This document shows, piece by piece, positions 8,986-18,813 of a DNA stretch of 64,000 nucleotides. Positions within the stretch are counted from its first letter, which is position 1. Every line of letters starts with the position of its first letter. The DNA lies in NCBI GenBank assembly GCA_030684405.1, contig JAUXYA010000032.1, positions 108,992 to 172,991 on the forward strand. Reading direction: 5' to 3'. Under the pieces are notes generated by a model. The model searched no databases and had not been told where the DNA came from. It saw nothing but the letters and a program-made list of their open reading frames with translations. A program made the position numbers and the translations under genes. The stretch is from Burkholderiales bacterium. GTDB taxonomy: Bacteria; Pseudomonadota; Gammaproteobacteria; Burkholderiales; SG8-41.

Positions 8986-10725
8986 ATGGCCGCGCCACCG
9001 GCCACGCTTGGGGGTGCCTCCTCGCTGACGGCATCCTTCCTCGCATCCTGGTCGAGCGAAAAGCTCGTCCTTGCGCTCGTCGTCATCTTCATCGGCTTTC
9101 TGTCGATTGTTCCCATCGGCCGGCTGCTGGTTGAAGCCTTCTTTATCGGCGGGGTTCCCAGCCTCAATGCGTTCGGCGAAGTGTTCGCGCAGCCCGCCAC
9201 CTGGCGCGCGCTCCGGCACACGCTGGAGACCAGTATCGGCGGCACCCTGGTTGCAGTGGTCATCGGCACGCTGATGGCATTGCTCGTGGCGCTCACCAAC
9301 GTGCGCGGGAAACTTCTGCTCGTCTTCTGCCTGATGCTGCCGATGATGATCCCGCCCCAGGTGATGGCGCTGTCCTGGATCGGCCTTACCGAACCGGGCG
9401 GATTCTTCATGCGCAGCACCGGCATCGGAACACTGTTCGATACGAATCCGCTGTACTCGGTGGGCGGCATCATCCTCGTGCTCGGAGTGCAAAGTGCCCC
9501 GGTCGTATTCCTGACGCTGCGTGCCGGGCTGCGCGCAATGCCCGCCGATCTCGTCGAGGCCGCGCAAGCCTCGAGTGCGGGACGCGCCCGCGTTATCCGC
9601 GACGTCGTGCTGCCGCTGATGACGCCGGCGCTGCTCTCGGGTGCGTCGCTGGCCTTCATCGCTGCCGTCGGCAACTTTGGCATACCGGCGCTGCTCGGCA
9701 TGCCCGTGCGCTACAACACCCTGCCGGTGCTGATCTACCGCAAGCTTTCGGGTTTCGGCCCGACGGTGCTGGGAGAGGTCGCCGTGTTATCAGTGCTGCT
9801 TGCGGTGATCGCCGTGGTATTCATCGGCCTGCAGGCCAAGCTGCTGTCCCGCCGCGATTTCCGCGCTACCGGCACTTCAGCCACGCTGCTTCCTTACGAC
9901 CTGGGACGCTGGCGTTTTCCGGCAGAGTGCTTCGGTTGGCTGCTGATCGTCGTTACACTGATCCTCCCGCTCTCGGCGCTGCTGGTGAATTCGCTGACAC
10001 CCGCTTACGGTATTGAACTCACCCCCGGGAACCTGACGCTCAATCACTACCGTTACGTGCTGTTCATCGACTCAGTCACCCGGAGTGCGTTCACCAACTC
10101 GTTCTTCCTCGCGGCGGGGGCGGCCACCGTACTGGTGCTGCTCGCCATTGTGTTCGGCTTTTTCCTGGTCTGGCGGCCACACTGGCTGCTGCGAACGCTC
10201 AATTCCCTGGCCGATCTGCCCTATGCCCTGCCCGGCACCGTGGTCTCGATCGCCTGCATTCTCGTTTTCATCCAGCCGATTCCCTTCACACAGATTTCGA
10301 TCTACAACACGATATGGATCATATTTGCAGCCTACTTGGTCCGGTTCATGACACGTGCGATCCGTCCGATCGTCAACGCTTATCATGCCATCGACCGCGC
10401 GCTCGACGAGGCCGGAGCCATGTGCGGTGCCAGCCTGCTTGAACGGATGCGTACCATTGTGCTGCCGCTGATTGCGCCTACAGCATTTGCTGCGGCGATG
10501 ATCGTATTTCTTGCCGCGTTCAATGAACTCACCATCTCCATCCTGCTGTGGTCGGCCGGTACCGAGACCGTCGGCGTTATGGTATTCAACCTCAAACAGG
10601 CGGGTGACGTGCTCGAAGCCTCTGCGATGTCCTGCCTCACCATACTGCTCACAGTGACGCTGATGGCCGCGCTTTCGGCTTTCGGGCGACACCTGCCTTC
10701 CGGAGTCATCCCGTGGCGCGCGTAA
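8986..10725 (+). CDS. ABC transporter permease, duplicated two-module (FbpB-like)
   Basis: 579 aa, highly hydrophobic, with two repeats of the binding-protein-dependent permease fold. It follows the binding-protein gene by 14 nt. Confidence 0.85.
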   Translation: MAAPPATLGGASSLTASFLASWSSEKLVLALVVIFIGFLSIVPIGRLLVEAFFIGGVPSLNAFGEVFAQPATWRALRHTLETSIGGTLVAVVIGTLMALLVALTNVRGKLLLVFCLMLPMMIPPQVMALSWIGLTEPGGFFMRSTGIGTLFDTNPLYSVGGIILVLGVQSAPVVFLTLRAGLRAMPADLVEAAQASSAGRARVIRDVVLPLMTPALLSGASLAFIAAVGNFGIPALLGMPVRYNTLPVLIYRKLSGFGPTVLGEVAVLSVLLAVIAVVFIGLQAKLLSRRDFRATGTSATLLPYDLGRWRFPAECFGWLLIVVTLILPLSALLVNSLTPAYGIELTPGNLTLNHYRYVLFIDSVTRSAFTNSFFLAAGAATVLVLLAIVFGFFLVWRPHWLLRTLNSLADLPYALPGTVVSIACILVFIQPIPFTQISIYNTIWIIFAAYLVRFMTRAIRPIVNAYHAIDRALDEAGAMCGASLLERMRTIVLPLIAPTAFAAAMIVFLAAFNELTISILLWSAGTETVGVMVFNLKQAGDVLEASAMSCLTILLTVTLMAALSAFGRHLPSGVIPWRA

Positions 10726-11765
10726 CGCTCGAGTCGGTAAACAAGCATTTCGGTACATCCGTTGCAGTCGAGGATTTCACGCTCGACATTCCCCACGGCA
10801 GCTTTCTCGCTGTACTCGGCCCCAGCGGCTGCGGTAAAAGCACTGTGCTCAGGCTCGTCGCCGGATTCGAGCGCGTAAGCTCGGGACAGGTGCTGATTGA
10901 CGGCAATGTCGTTTCGGGACCGTCTCTGCATGTGCCTGCCGAAAAGCGGCATGTCGGCATAGTCTTCCAGTCCTACGCACTGTGGCCGCACATGACAGTC
11001 GAGGGCAATGTCGGTTACCCGCTGCGGGTGGCAAAGGTGCGCGGCGAAGCGTACCGCAGCCGCGTGGCGGCAGCGCTGGACATGGTCGGGCTTTCCGGCT
11101 TTGACACAAGGCGCCCCTCGGAACTCTCGGGCGGCCAGCGCCAGCGGGTCGCACTGGCGCGTTGTCTGGTGATGGAGCCCTCACTGGTACTGCTCGACGA
11201 GCCGCTCGCCAACCTTGACGTGCACCTGCGCGCCTCCATGGAAGACGAGTTCCGCGCATTCCATGCCAAGACCGGCGCGACCATGATCTATGTTACCCAC
11301 GACCAGGCCGAAGCGATGGCACTGGCTGAGCGCATAGCGGTCATGGACAAAGGGCGCCTGGTGCAGGTGGCCGATCCGCATACGCTCTACAGCGAACCCG
11401 CAACGACGATGGTTGCAGGATTCATCGGCAAAGGCGCGCTCGCAGATGCCGAAGTGCTCGCACCTGCGGAGGACGGCCGTTGTCGTGCGCGCCTATTTGG
11501 CATGGATGTGATGCTGCGCTGCCAGGCCAATCAGCCCGCAGGCAAGGCGCGCGTCTGCCTGCGCCCCGAGGATGTTGCGCTCGCCAGCGAAGGCGTACCG
11601 GCAACGGTACGGCGCGCAACCTACAAGGGCGGGGTAACGGAGATCGAAGCGGTTCCGGAATCTGCGCCCGACGTCACGTTGCTACTCATTATTAGCGCGG
11701 CGCCCATGGTGGGCACCGCCGTGAAAGTGCGCATTGACGGTGGCTGGGTCATTCCGGCACCGTAG
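10713..11765 (+). CDS. ABC transporter ATP-binding protein
   Basis: 350 aa with a GTG start overlapping the permease stop. Walker A GPSGCGKST, signature LSGGQRQRVALAR, Walker B LVLLDEP. Confidence 0.9.
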   Translation: MARVTLESVNKHFGTSVAVEDFTLDIPHGSFLAVLGPSGCGKSTVLRLVAGFERVSSGQVLIDGNVVSGPSLHVPAEKRHVGIVFQSYALWPHMTVEGNVGYPLRVAKVRGEAYRSRVAAALDMVGLSGFDTRRPSELSGGQRQRVALARCLVMEPSLVLLDEPLANLDVHLRASMEDEFRAFHAKTGATMIYVTHDQAEAMALAERIAVMDKGRLVQVADPHTLYSEPATTMVAGFIGKGALADAEVLAPAEDGRCRARLFGMDVMLRCQANQPAGKARVCLRPEDVALASEGVPATVRRATYKGGVTEIEAVPESAPDVTLLLIISAAPMVGTAVKVRIDGGWVIPAP

Positions 11766-11964
11766 TTTCTGGGGCCGCGTCAGCCGCACATTATTGGGTG
11801 GGTTTCGCGGATTCAAGCCCTAAGCTGAACTCCTCCAACGGCCAATCGTTAGCGCGATGACCACCGGAAAGCGTGCTGAGCTTAGCGGCGACAACTGAGA
11901 ATATTTTCCAAATTCACCGATAACAGACCTGCCGGCAACCGTCACTGCATAATGAGTCCTGAAT

Positions 11965-12945
11965 TCAGTCTAGGCGCGCGCCCTTTACCACTTCTCCCCA
12001 ATATTTAATCTCGCTCAAGAAGAAGGATTGGGATCGCTCAGTATCATAGTCCAGCCGAGTCGCGCCTGCGGATTCAATACGTTCGGTCAGTTCCGGCGAA
12101 TTCAGCGCTTCTGAGATTATCGGCTGCAGCCGCCGAATGACATCCATCGGCGTCTTTGCTGAAACGAAGAATCCATGCCACTGAACTGCCTGAAATCCTG
12201 GTGCGCCAACTTCCTGCAGTGGCGGCACGTTCGGCAGCACCTTCAATCGCGTTGTTGATGAAATCCCGAGTGCGCGCAACTTCCCGTTATTCAACTGCGG
12301 GATAACCAATGGAGGCACTAGGAAAGATGCTTGAGTCTCCCCGGATACCAGCGCGGTAAGTGCTGGAGCAGCACCACGATACGGGATATGCCGTAAATCG
12401 ACCTGCGCCTTTAGCTTGAACGCTTCCATGGCAAAATGGTTCGCTGAGCCGACACCACCTGAACTGAATGTCAACTCACCTGCATGCTTCTTTGCAAGAG
12501 CTATGAGTGCCTTTGTGCTGGTCGCCGGCAGGGAGGGATGAACTGCCAGCACGAATGGGATTGACAAGGTGATGGTAACCGCCCGGAGGTCCTGTCCGGC
12601 GTCAAATCCGATGTTCTTGTTTACCCAGCCGTTGATGGCAAGCGTAGACGCGGCGTAAAGCAAAGTATTCCCATCAGCGGGCGCACGCACCACACTTGCT
12701 GTCCCTATATTTCCACTTGCTCCTGTCCTGTTCTCGACAACGATTCGCCCACCAGGTTCCGTGCGCATTTTCGCCGCAATCAATCGGGCAAATATGTCGT
12801 TTCCACCGCCAGCCGGATAAGGAACCACGATTGTGACGTTACTTCGAATCGATTCCTGCGCAATTGCGTATGGAGAAAACCACAAGACTCCACACGCGAC
12901 TGTCGCCATTGACTTCGTTGCAAGCAGTATTTTTGAACTATGCAT
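11965..12945 (-). CDS. Bug-family (TctC-like) periplasmic substrate-binding protein
   Basis: 326 aa. Signal peptide followed by VTIVVPYPAGGGNDIFARLIAAKM, and a C-terminal KYWGEVVKGARL. Confidence 0.9.
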   Translation of the reverse strand: MHSSKILLATKSMATVACGVLWFSPYAIAQESIRSNVTIVVPYPAGGGNDIFARLIAAKMRTEPGGRIVVENRTGASGNIGTASVVRAPADGNTLLYAASTLAINGWVNKNIGFDAGQDLRAVTITLSIPFVLAVHPSLPATSTKALIALAKKHAGELTFSSGGVGSANHFAMEAFKLKAQVDLRHIPYRGAAPALTALVSGETQASFLVPPLVIPQLNNGKLRALGISSTTRLKVLPNVPPLQEVGAPGFQAVQWHGFFVSAKTPMDVIRRLQPIISEALNSPELTERIESAGATRLDYDTERSQSFFLSEIKYWGEVVKGARLD

Positions 12946-12998
12946 GACAGATGCTCCAGCAAATATTCGTGTAATCCGAACGCGTAAATTCGTTCCCG

Positions 12999-14483
12999 TT
13001 ACGGCGCTGCGCCAAACGCGCCTATTGCTTTTCCATCCACACCGGGAGGCGGAGAGAAAGAGATATTGGGTGCTTTTGCCAGCTGATCCTTTCCTCCAAA
13101 TTTTTCACCCAGCCGTCTTTGATCGGCTTTTGCCCGCTGATCAATGCTCTCGGGATCGCAGATTTCCCGCAGGAGATTTTCCATTCTTGCGATGTTGCGG
13201 CCGCCATCGGCTGTCGATGAAAGGTCATTCATCTCATGAGGGTCGTTCGCCAGGTTGAACAGCTGCGGGGGCATTCCAACGTGATAGTGGAGTTTCATTG
13301 AGCCTTCCCTCAGCATGAAACTACCGCTCCGGGAAAAGTTTGCGTGGTATTCAGCGAAGCCCATTCGCTCGGTCTGCTGCCCGCGGATTGTTGGCCACAG
13401 TGAAACTCCCTTCAGCGCCTTGTCGGCATCCGAAGGTGGAACGGAAAACATGTCCAACAAGGTGGGATACAAATCGACATGAGACACAATCTGGTCAGAG
13501 CATTTTCCACCGGGAACCGACGGGTCTGAAATGATCAGAGGCACTGCAAGGGCATCCTCGTATAGCAGTCCTTTGCCGAGCAGGCCATGAGCTCCGCGCA
13601 TTTCACCATGATCACTGGAGTAAATAATCCGTGTGTTGTCCCCCAGACCACAGGCGGAGAGACAGTCCAACAGGATTCCAATCTGCTCATCCATATGAGT
13701 GATCAATCCATAGTATCCGGCGATCATCCTCTTCAATTGCGACAATTCGGTCGCGTCCGGGGCGCCGAACTTTTCCCGCTGATATTCCGCCGCCGGATGT
13801 TGTGACTTCCGGTCAGCCGAGATGTAAGGTGGAAGCGAGATTTTTTCTTCGGGATATAGATCAAGAAAGCGCTTGGGCACCTTGAAGGGAGGGTGGGGAC
13901 TTACATAAGAAACAAACAATGCCCAACCGCTGTTGGAACTGCCTCGTTTCCGCAGCCATTGCGCAGCATGTGCAGTGATATCCCTGTCGTACTCCTGGTA
14001 ATGCGTCTCCCCTTCTCCCGAATCATGCAGATACATCTGCCACCGTCCGGCTTGCTTTCCATCGAGCTCGGCATCATATCCACGCAGCAAGTTCCTGACG
14101 GCTCCGCGCCCCTCGACGATATGCATGGGTATTATTTCTTCAGAGAACCCATTGTCGTCATCCGCACTGCGGAAATGCAGCTTCCCGACCGCAACGGTCT
14201 CGATTCCCGCACCCCGTATGCGATGCATCCAGCTCGGAACACGACCATCGTAAACGATCGCATTGTCCCAATAGCCGGTTTGGTGGGGATACTGTCCGGT
14301 AGCGAGCGCAGCTCTTGCGGGACAGCACAGCGGGCTGGCCGAATAGGCGTTCGTGTAGCGCACACCTCTGGTGGCTATTCGATCAATATTGGGCGTCCGT
14401 ATAAGCGGATCACCGTAGCACCCGAGCAAATCCCGATTGTGATTGTCGGACAAGATGAAAAGCAGGTTCGGGGATTCAGCCAT
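12999..14483 (-). CDS. sulfatase (Cys-type formylglycine sulfatase, choline-sulfatase-like), no signal peptide
   Basis: 494 aa. The N-terminus NLLFILSDNHN and the sulfatase signature SPLCCPARAALATGQYP (C-x-P-x-R at 14313..14327). It starts directly with MAESPN, with no leader. Confidence 0.85.
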   Translation of the reverse strand: MAESPNLLFILSDNHNRDLLGCYGDPLIRTPNIDRIATRGVRYTNAYSASPLCCPARAALATGQYPHQTGYWDNAIVYDGRVPSWMHRIRGAGIETVAVGKLHFRSADDDNGFSEEIIPMHIVEGRGAVRNLLRGYDAELDGKQAGRWQMYLHDSGEGETHYQEYDRDITAHAAQWLRKRGSSNSGWALFVSYVSPHPPFKVPKRFLDLYPEEKISLPPYISADRKSQHPAAEYQREKFGAPDATELSQLKRMIAGYYGLITHMDEQIGILLDCLSACGLGDNTRIIYSSDHGEMRGAHGLLGKGLLYEDALAVPLIISDPSVPGGKCSDQIVSHVDLYPTLLDMFSVPPSDADKALKGVSLWPTIRGQQTERMGFAEYHANFSRSGSFMLREGSMKLHYHVGMPPQLFNLANDPHEMNDLSSTADGGRNIARMENLLREICDPESIDQRAKADQRRLGEKFGGKDQLAKAPNISFSPPPGVDGKAIGAFGAAP

Positions 14484-14712
14484 AGCGGTTATGTTCCTGG
14501 GCGGATCGACAGTCGATCAGTCTATTGAAGTCTAACTCGCGTACTTATGTCTATTTTCTTGTTTGGTATTACCAAAGCGCATAACTGTTGGACAAAGGCC
14601 ATGTTCAACTGGAATCGCGCAAGTCCAGATATGAACTGACAACGCTCGTTGAATTACATTCCTCCAGCCAAGCACGATGTGTGCCTATAAATTGCCTCAT
14701 GAAAGTGAGCCT

Positions 14713-15771
14713 ATGAAGCCTGCTTCTGTTAACCGAGTCCAGTTATTGAATGCCCCGACTGCCCTGGAGCCTCTGCCCAATCTGACGCGGCACCTCGGAG
14801 GCCCAAGGCTGTACATCAAGCGCGATGACTGTACTGGATTGGCCTTGGGCGGCAACAAGACGCGCAAGCTTGAGTATCTTCTTGCGGATGCACTAAAAAA
14901 GGGCGCGGACCACCTTATTACGCACGGAGCAGTGCAATCGAATCATGTCCGACAAACCGCCGCTGCTGCCGCCAAGGCCGGGATGCGATTTACCGGCGTA
15001 CTTGAACACCGGATCGCCGATCCAAGCCTGGAATACCTGGAAGGCGGCAATGCATTTCTGAGTCGTCTTCTCGGCGCCAACGTGGTTTGCCGACCCGCAG
15101 GCGATGACATGGAGCGCGCAATGCAGGAGGTTGCGGCGTCGCTGCAAAGTTCCGGTGAACATCCTTACATTATCCCCGGAGGTGGATCGAATCCTTTGGG
15201 AAGCCTGGGATATGCAAAATGCGCCGAAGAGCTCGTTCAACAGGGGGCTACTGCGCAGTTGCAGTTGGACTACATAGTTCACCCAACCGGCAGCGGAGGC
15301 ACTCAAGCCGGACTTATCGCGGGTCTACACTGCATCCAGTCAAACACTAGAGTGCTGGGTATAAGCGTCAAGGCCCCGCGTGAACAGCAGGAGAACCATG
15401 TGCATACACTGGCGCAGGCGACTGCAAGATTGATGGAATGTGCCCTGAATGTCGATAGAAAAGCGGTGGAAGTTGTCTCGGATTATGTGGGGCCGGGATA
15501 TGGGCGGGCCAATGCCGCCACAGTCGAAGCTGTAGAGTTGATGGCTCGCCTCGAAGGCATCGTCCTTGACCCCGTGTATACCGGAAAGGCGATGGCGGGG
15601 CTCATGGATCTGATTCAGCTCAAACGCTTTTCCCGTAAGGACGTTGTCGTTTTCTTACATACGGGCGGAGCGCCCGCGCTGTTCAGTTATCGCGAATTAT
15701 TCATGCGTCAGGGCTCAACGTCCGAAACCCCGCGGGAAATGTGGAATCAACCCTTAAAGAATGTTGTTTAG
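14713..15771 (+). CDS. D-cysteine desulfhydrase / ACC deaminase family PLP enzyme
   Basis: ATG at 14713 inside ORF 14677..15771. LYIKRDDCTGLALGGNKTRKLEYLLADALKKGADHLITHGAVQSNH carries the PLP-lysine motif of this family. Confidence 0.85.
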   Translation: MKPASVNRVQLLNAPTALEPLPNLTRHLGGPRLYIKRDDCTGLALGGNKTRKLEYLLADALKKGADHLITHGAVQSNHVRQTAAAAAKAGMRFTGVLEHRIADPSLEYLEGGNAFLSRLLGANVVCRPAGDDMERAMQEVAASLQSSGEHPYIIPGGGSNPLGSLGYAKCAEELVQQGATAQLQLDYIVHPTGSGGTQAGLIAGLHCIQSNTRVLGISVKAPREQQENHVHTLAQATARLMECALNVDRKAVEVVSDYVGPGYGRANAATVEAVELMARLEGIVLDPVYTGKAMAGLMDLIQLKRFSRKDVVVFLHTGGAPALFSYRELFMRQGSTSETPREMWNQPLKNVV

Positions 15772-16694
15772 CCTGTAAGTACTGTGTTTGAGGCCGGTTT
15801 TCTGGAAATAAAATCCCAGAGTTTCCTGGGCAGTGAACGTTGATTATCAACCGAATAGTAAATGCGAATATCGATTGGCTCGCACCATTCCTCGGACCCG
15901 GCAAGCGCAAGCCGCCCTTCGGCAAGCTCTTTCGACACGACAGCCTTAGGTAACCATGCAACACCTCGACCGGCCATGACCATTGCCTTGGCCGCCTCCA
16001 GCAGATCAGTCTCAAAACACCGGCGTAAATGGGCGGGCGTGGGTGCTCGGGGCAAAATGAGTTCGACTATTTGTCCCATGAACAGACTTTGCGGGTAAGC
16101 CACGAACGGAATTGGGCGCGTTTTGCTCCCAGGTAGCCGCATGCCCGCACTGACCTGACTATCCGCCGAAATGACGGGCACCACCATGTCACGCCTCAAG
16201 GTCAAATACGGATAACGATTTTCTGGCAGAACAATTGGAACTTGTGGATGATGATAAACGACGGCGAAATCACAGGTGTGACCTTCCACCAAGGAACGTA
16301 GCCCTTCATAGGTATTAGTGGCGGTTACCCTTGGCACTAACGGGCCATATTCCGCCGCAACCTCAAAAATCCAGTCCGACAGAAAATTCAGTACAAGCGC
16401 ATGTGGTGCCGAGATGTGAATCAATCCGTCCGATGCGGTTTCTCCCCGCATCAAGGTGCGGGTGGAATATGTCTTGGCAACCAGATCTTTGGCAAAGTCA
16501 CGAAACATTCTTCCCGCGGGTGTGAGAGAGATTGGGTATGAACTGCGATTGATCAGATCAACCCCCAGCCACTCCTCAAGGGAACGGATGCGTCGGCTCA
16601 ATGCAGGTTGCGTAACACAACGCGCCTCGGCTGTGCGCGAAAAGTTGAGGGTGTCCGCCAAACTCAGAAAGTCCTCAAGCCACTTGAGTTCCAT
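15768..16694 (-). CDS. LysR-family transcriptional regulator
   Basis: ATG at 16694 gives MELKWLEDFLSLADTLNFSRTAEARCVTQPALSRRIRSLEEWLG, a classic LTTR helix-turn-helix. It is divergent from the Bug/hydratase/CoA-transferase genes. Confidence 0.9.
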   Translation of the reverse strand: MELKWLEDFLSLADTLNFSRTAEARCVTQPALSRRIRSLEEWLGVDLINRSSYPISLTPAGRMFRDFAKDLVAKTYSTRTLMRGETASDGLIHISAPHALVLNFLSDWIFEVAAEYGPLVPRVTATNTYEGLRSLVEGHTCDFAVVYHHPQVPIVLPENRYPYLTLRRDMVVPVISADSQVSAGMRLPGSKTRPIPFVAYPQSLFMGQIVELILPRAPTPAHLRRCFETDLLEAAKAMVMAGRGVAWLPKAVVSKELAEGRLALAGSEEWCEPIDIRIYYSVDNQRSLPRKLWDFISRKPASNTVLTG

Positions 16695-16969
16695 GTACGC
16701 ATCCTCATTGGAGATTGAGCGCTCATACAGCCACTGAAGCGAGAACCATCCGCTGCTGAGTTTATGCCACGCCTGCGGAGCCCCCATCGGTTAGGTAACC
16801 AGGGGCGATTCAGTAAATGTAAATTAGCTTAGAATGAAAACCGCGTCGGACAAAATTTATTAAAAAAATGCCAATGCACCAATTGAAGCCAAAGCAGATC
16901 ATCACTGCATTTTCTGTTTATAGCTTTACTGGCGGTTACAAACAAACAAATAACTTGGAGGAGTCTGCC

Positions 16970-17950
16970 ATGAAGTGGTCTGGTCGTGCAGCAGCATTTT
17001 GGTTTCCTTTTCTCGCATTTTCGCCATCACTCGTGCTGGCACAAGCTGCGGGTGAGTATCCCGAGAAGTCCATTCGATTCATCGTGCCTTTCCCACCTGG
17101 CGCCGCAAATGACACGCTCGCACGAGCGGTAGGTCAGAGGCTCTCTGACCGCTGGCAACGTCCTGTGATAGTAGATAATCGCGGTGGAGCCGGTGGCGTT
17201 CTTGGTACTACCATTGCCGCAAGAGCACTTCCTGACGGTTACACCATCGTACTAGTTCCAGCTACGCATGCAATCAATGTATCTCTATACAGCAAGCCCC
17301 CTTTTGACGCAGTGAAGGACTTTGCACCAATCTCGCTCATTGCAACAGGGGCTTACATGTTGGTTGCCAATCCGTCCCTGCCAGCAAAATCTGTAAAAGA
17401 ATTAATTAGTCTCGCGAAAAGCAAGCCGGGACAGCTGACTTACGGATCTGCTGGAACGGGAAACGCGACACATCTGGTTGGTGAATTGATGAGTAGTATG
17501 GCCGGGATAAAGTTGAATCATGTTCCTTATAAAGGCGTTGGGCCTGCGCTTGCCGAAGTAATGGGGGGGCAAGTAAATATGATGTTTGGAAGTATTTCGG
17601 CAACCAATCCCCAAGTAAAAGCCGGGAGAGTTATGGCGCTCGCAGTAACCAGCATCAAGCGGTCCCTCGCCGCCCCCAATGTACCGACACTGGATGAGTC
17701 GGGCTTGACCGGCTTTGATGCAGTGGGGTGGTGGGGAGTGTTGGCGCCAGCAAAGACTTCGCCAGTGATTATTCGCAAGATAAATGCTGAAATTGAGGCT
17801 ATCACTCAAAATGCCGAAATGCGACAGTGGTTGCAGGGTCAGGGCTTTGAGCCCGCGAGTGGTAACCCACAACAGTTCGCAAGGTTTCTCAATGATGAAA
17901 TCAAAAAATGGGGCGGGGTGGTGAAGGCTTCGGGAGCGAAACTGGATTAA
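16970..17950 (+). CDS. Bug-family (TctC-like) periplasmic substrate-binding protein
   Basis: ATG at 16970 after GGAGGA. Signal peptide ending LAQA, then YPEKSIRFIVPFPPGAANDTLARAVGQRL. Confidence 0.9.
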   Translation: MKWSGRAAAFWFPFLAFSPSLVLAQAAGEYPEKSIRFIVPFPPGAANDTLARAVGQRLSDRWQRPVIVDNRGGAGGVLGTTIAARALPDGYTIVLVPATHAINVSLYSKPPFDAVKDFAPISLIATGAYMLVANPSLPAKSVKELISLAKSKPGQLTYGSAGTGNATHLVGELMSSMAGIKLNHVPYKGVGPALAEVMGGQVNMMFGSISATNPQVKAGRVMALAVTSIKRSLAAPNVPTLDESGLTGFDAVGWWGVLAPAKTSPVIIRKINAEIEAITQNAEMRQWLQGQGFEPASGNPQQFARFLNDEIKKWGGVVKASGAKLD

Positions 17951-18037
17951 TTGTGGTGTCGATGTGGTGCTTGCATATTTACGTCGATGCTTGGAACGGC
18001 CGAATTTTCAGAGAAATTTGAGTTTTTAGGAGAGGAA

Positions 18038-18811
18038 ATGTCAATAGATTGTGTTGTCAAGAATCACATCGCCCTGATCACCATTAATCGCACAGAGCGC
18101 TTAAATGCAATGGATGCGGAGCACTATAGGGCACTATCGGAAGCCTGGATTAGAGTAAGAGACGATAACGATATTCGCGTTGCAATTGTCACGGGCGCGG
18201 GGGAAAAGTCATTCAGCACAGGCGCGGATCTTAAAAGCTTCGCAAATAAGCCAGCGCCGCTTTCTGAGATGTGGCTTACGCAGCGCGATCAATTACTTAA
18301 CCGGGGATTGGAAGTCTGGAAGCCAGTTATCGCGGCTGTTAACGGGTACTGTCTTGGTGGCGGGATGACCTTGCTGCTGGGAACAGATATACGCCTTGCA
18401 GCCCCGCACGCAACATTCGGGCTGTCGGAAGTTAAGCGTGGATTTATTGCGGGTAATGGGGGGACGCAGCGGATATTAAAGCAACTACCTCATGCAATAG
18501 CGATGGAAATACTGCTGACAGGTGATGCGATGAACGCTGAGACTGCAGAGCGATGGGGGTTGATTAATCGCGTTGTGCCGTCAGAAAAATTGCTGGATGA
18601 AGCATTTGCTTTCGCAAAGCGTATTGCGGCCAATGGCCCGCTTGCTGTGCAGGCCGCCAAGGAACTGGCCATCCGAGGGGAAGACATGGATTTGGCAACT
18701 GGTTTGCGCGTGGAACAAATGTGGAATCGGATGCTGCGCTTTAGTGACGATGCTAAAGAGGGGCCGCTGGCGTTTGCGGAGAGGCGACCTGCTCGGTTTA
18801 AAGGGGAATAG
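18038..18811 (+). CDS. enoyl-CoA hydratase/isomerase (crotonase) family protein
   Basis: ATG at 18038 after AGGAGAGG. IALITINRTERLNAMD, VTGAGEKSFSTGADL and AAVNGYCLGGGMTLLLGTDIRLA are crotonase-fold motifs. Confidence 0.9.
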   Translation: MSIDCVVKNHIALITINRTERLNAMDAEHYRALSEAWIRVRDDNDIRVAIVTGAGEKSFSTGADLKSFANKPAPLSEMWLTQRDQLLNRGLEVWKPVIAAVNGYCLGGGMTLLLGTDIRLAAPHATFGLSEVKRGFIAGNGGTQRILKQLPHAIAMEILLTGDAMNAETAERWGLINRVVPSEKLLDEAFAFAKRIAANGPLAVQAAKELAIRGEDMDLATGLRVEQMWNRMLRFSDDAKEGPLAFAERRPARFKGE

Positions 18812-18813
18812 CG

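Noticed and set aside
11791-11830. A tRNA-like string (GGTTTCGCGGATTCAAGCCC; minus strand GGGCTTGAATCCGCGAAACCCACCCA) at the left edge of the low-G+C block. I considered it as a degenerate repeat of the tRNA-Phe 3-prime end (an att site).
   Set aside because: It does not form a T-arm or an acceptor stem. It shares only a short TTCAA/TTGAA-TCC core with tRNA-Phe, which is too weak to call an attachment-site repeat without an alignment statistic.
16695-16969. A LysR-type T-N11-A binding box in the divergent LysR/Bug intergenic region.
   Set aside because: This AT-rich spacer contains several T-N11-A strings by chance. None shows convincing dyad symmetry.
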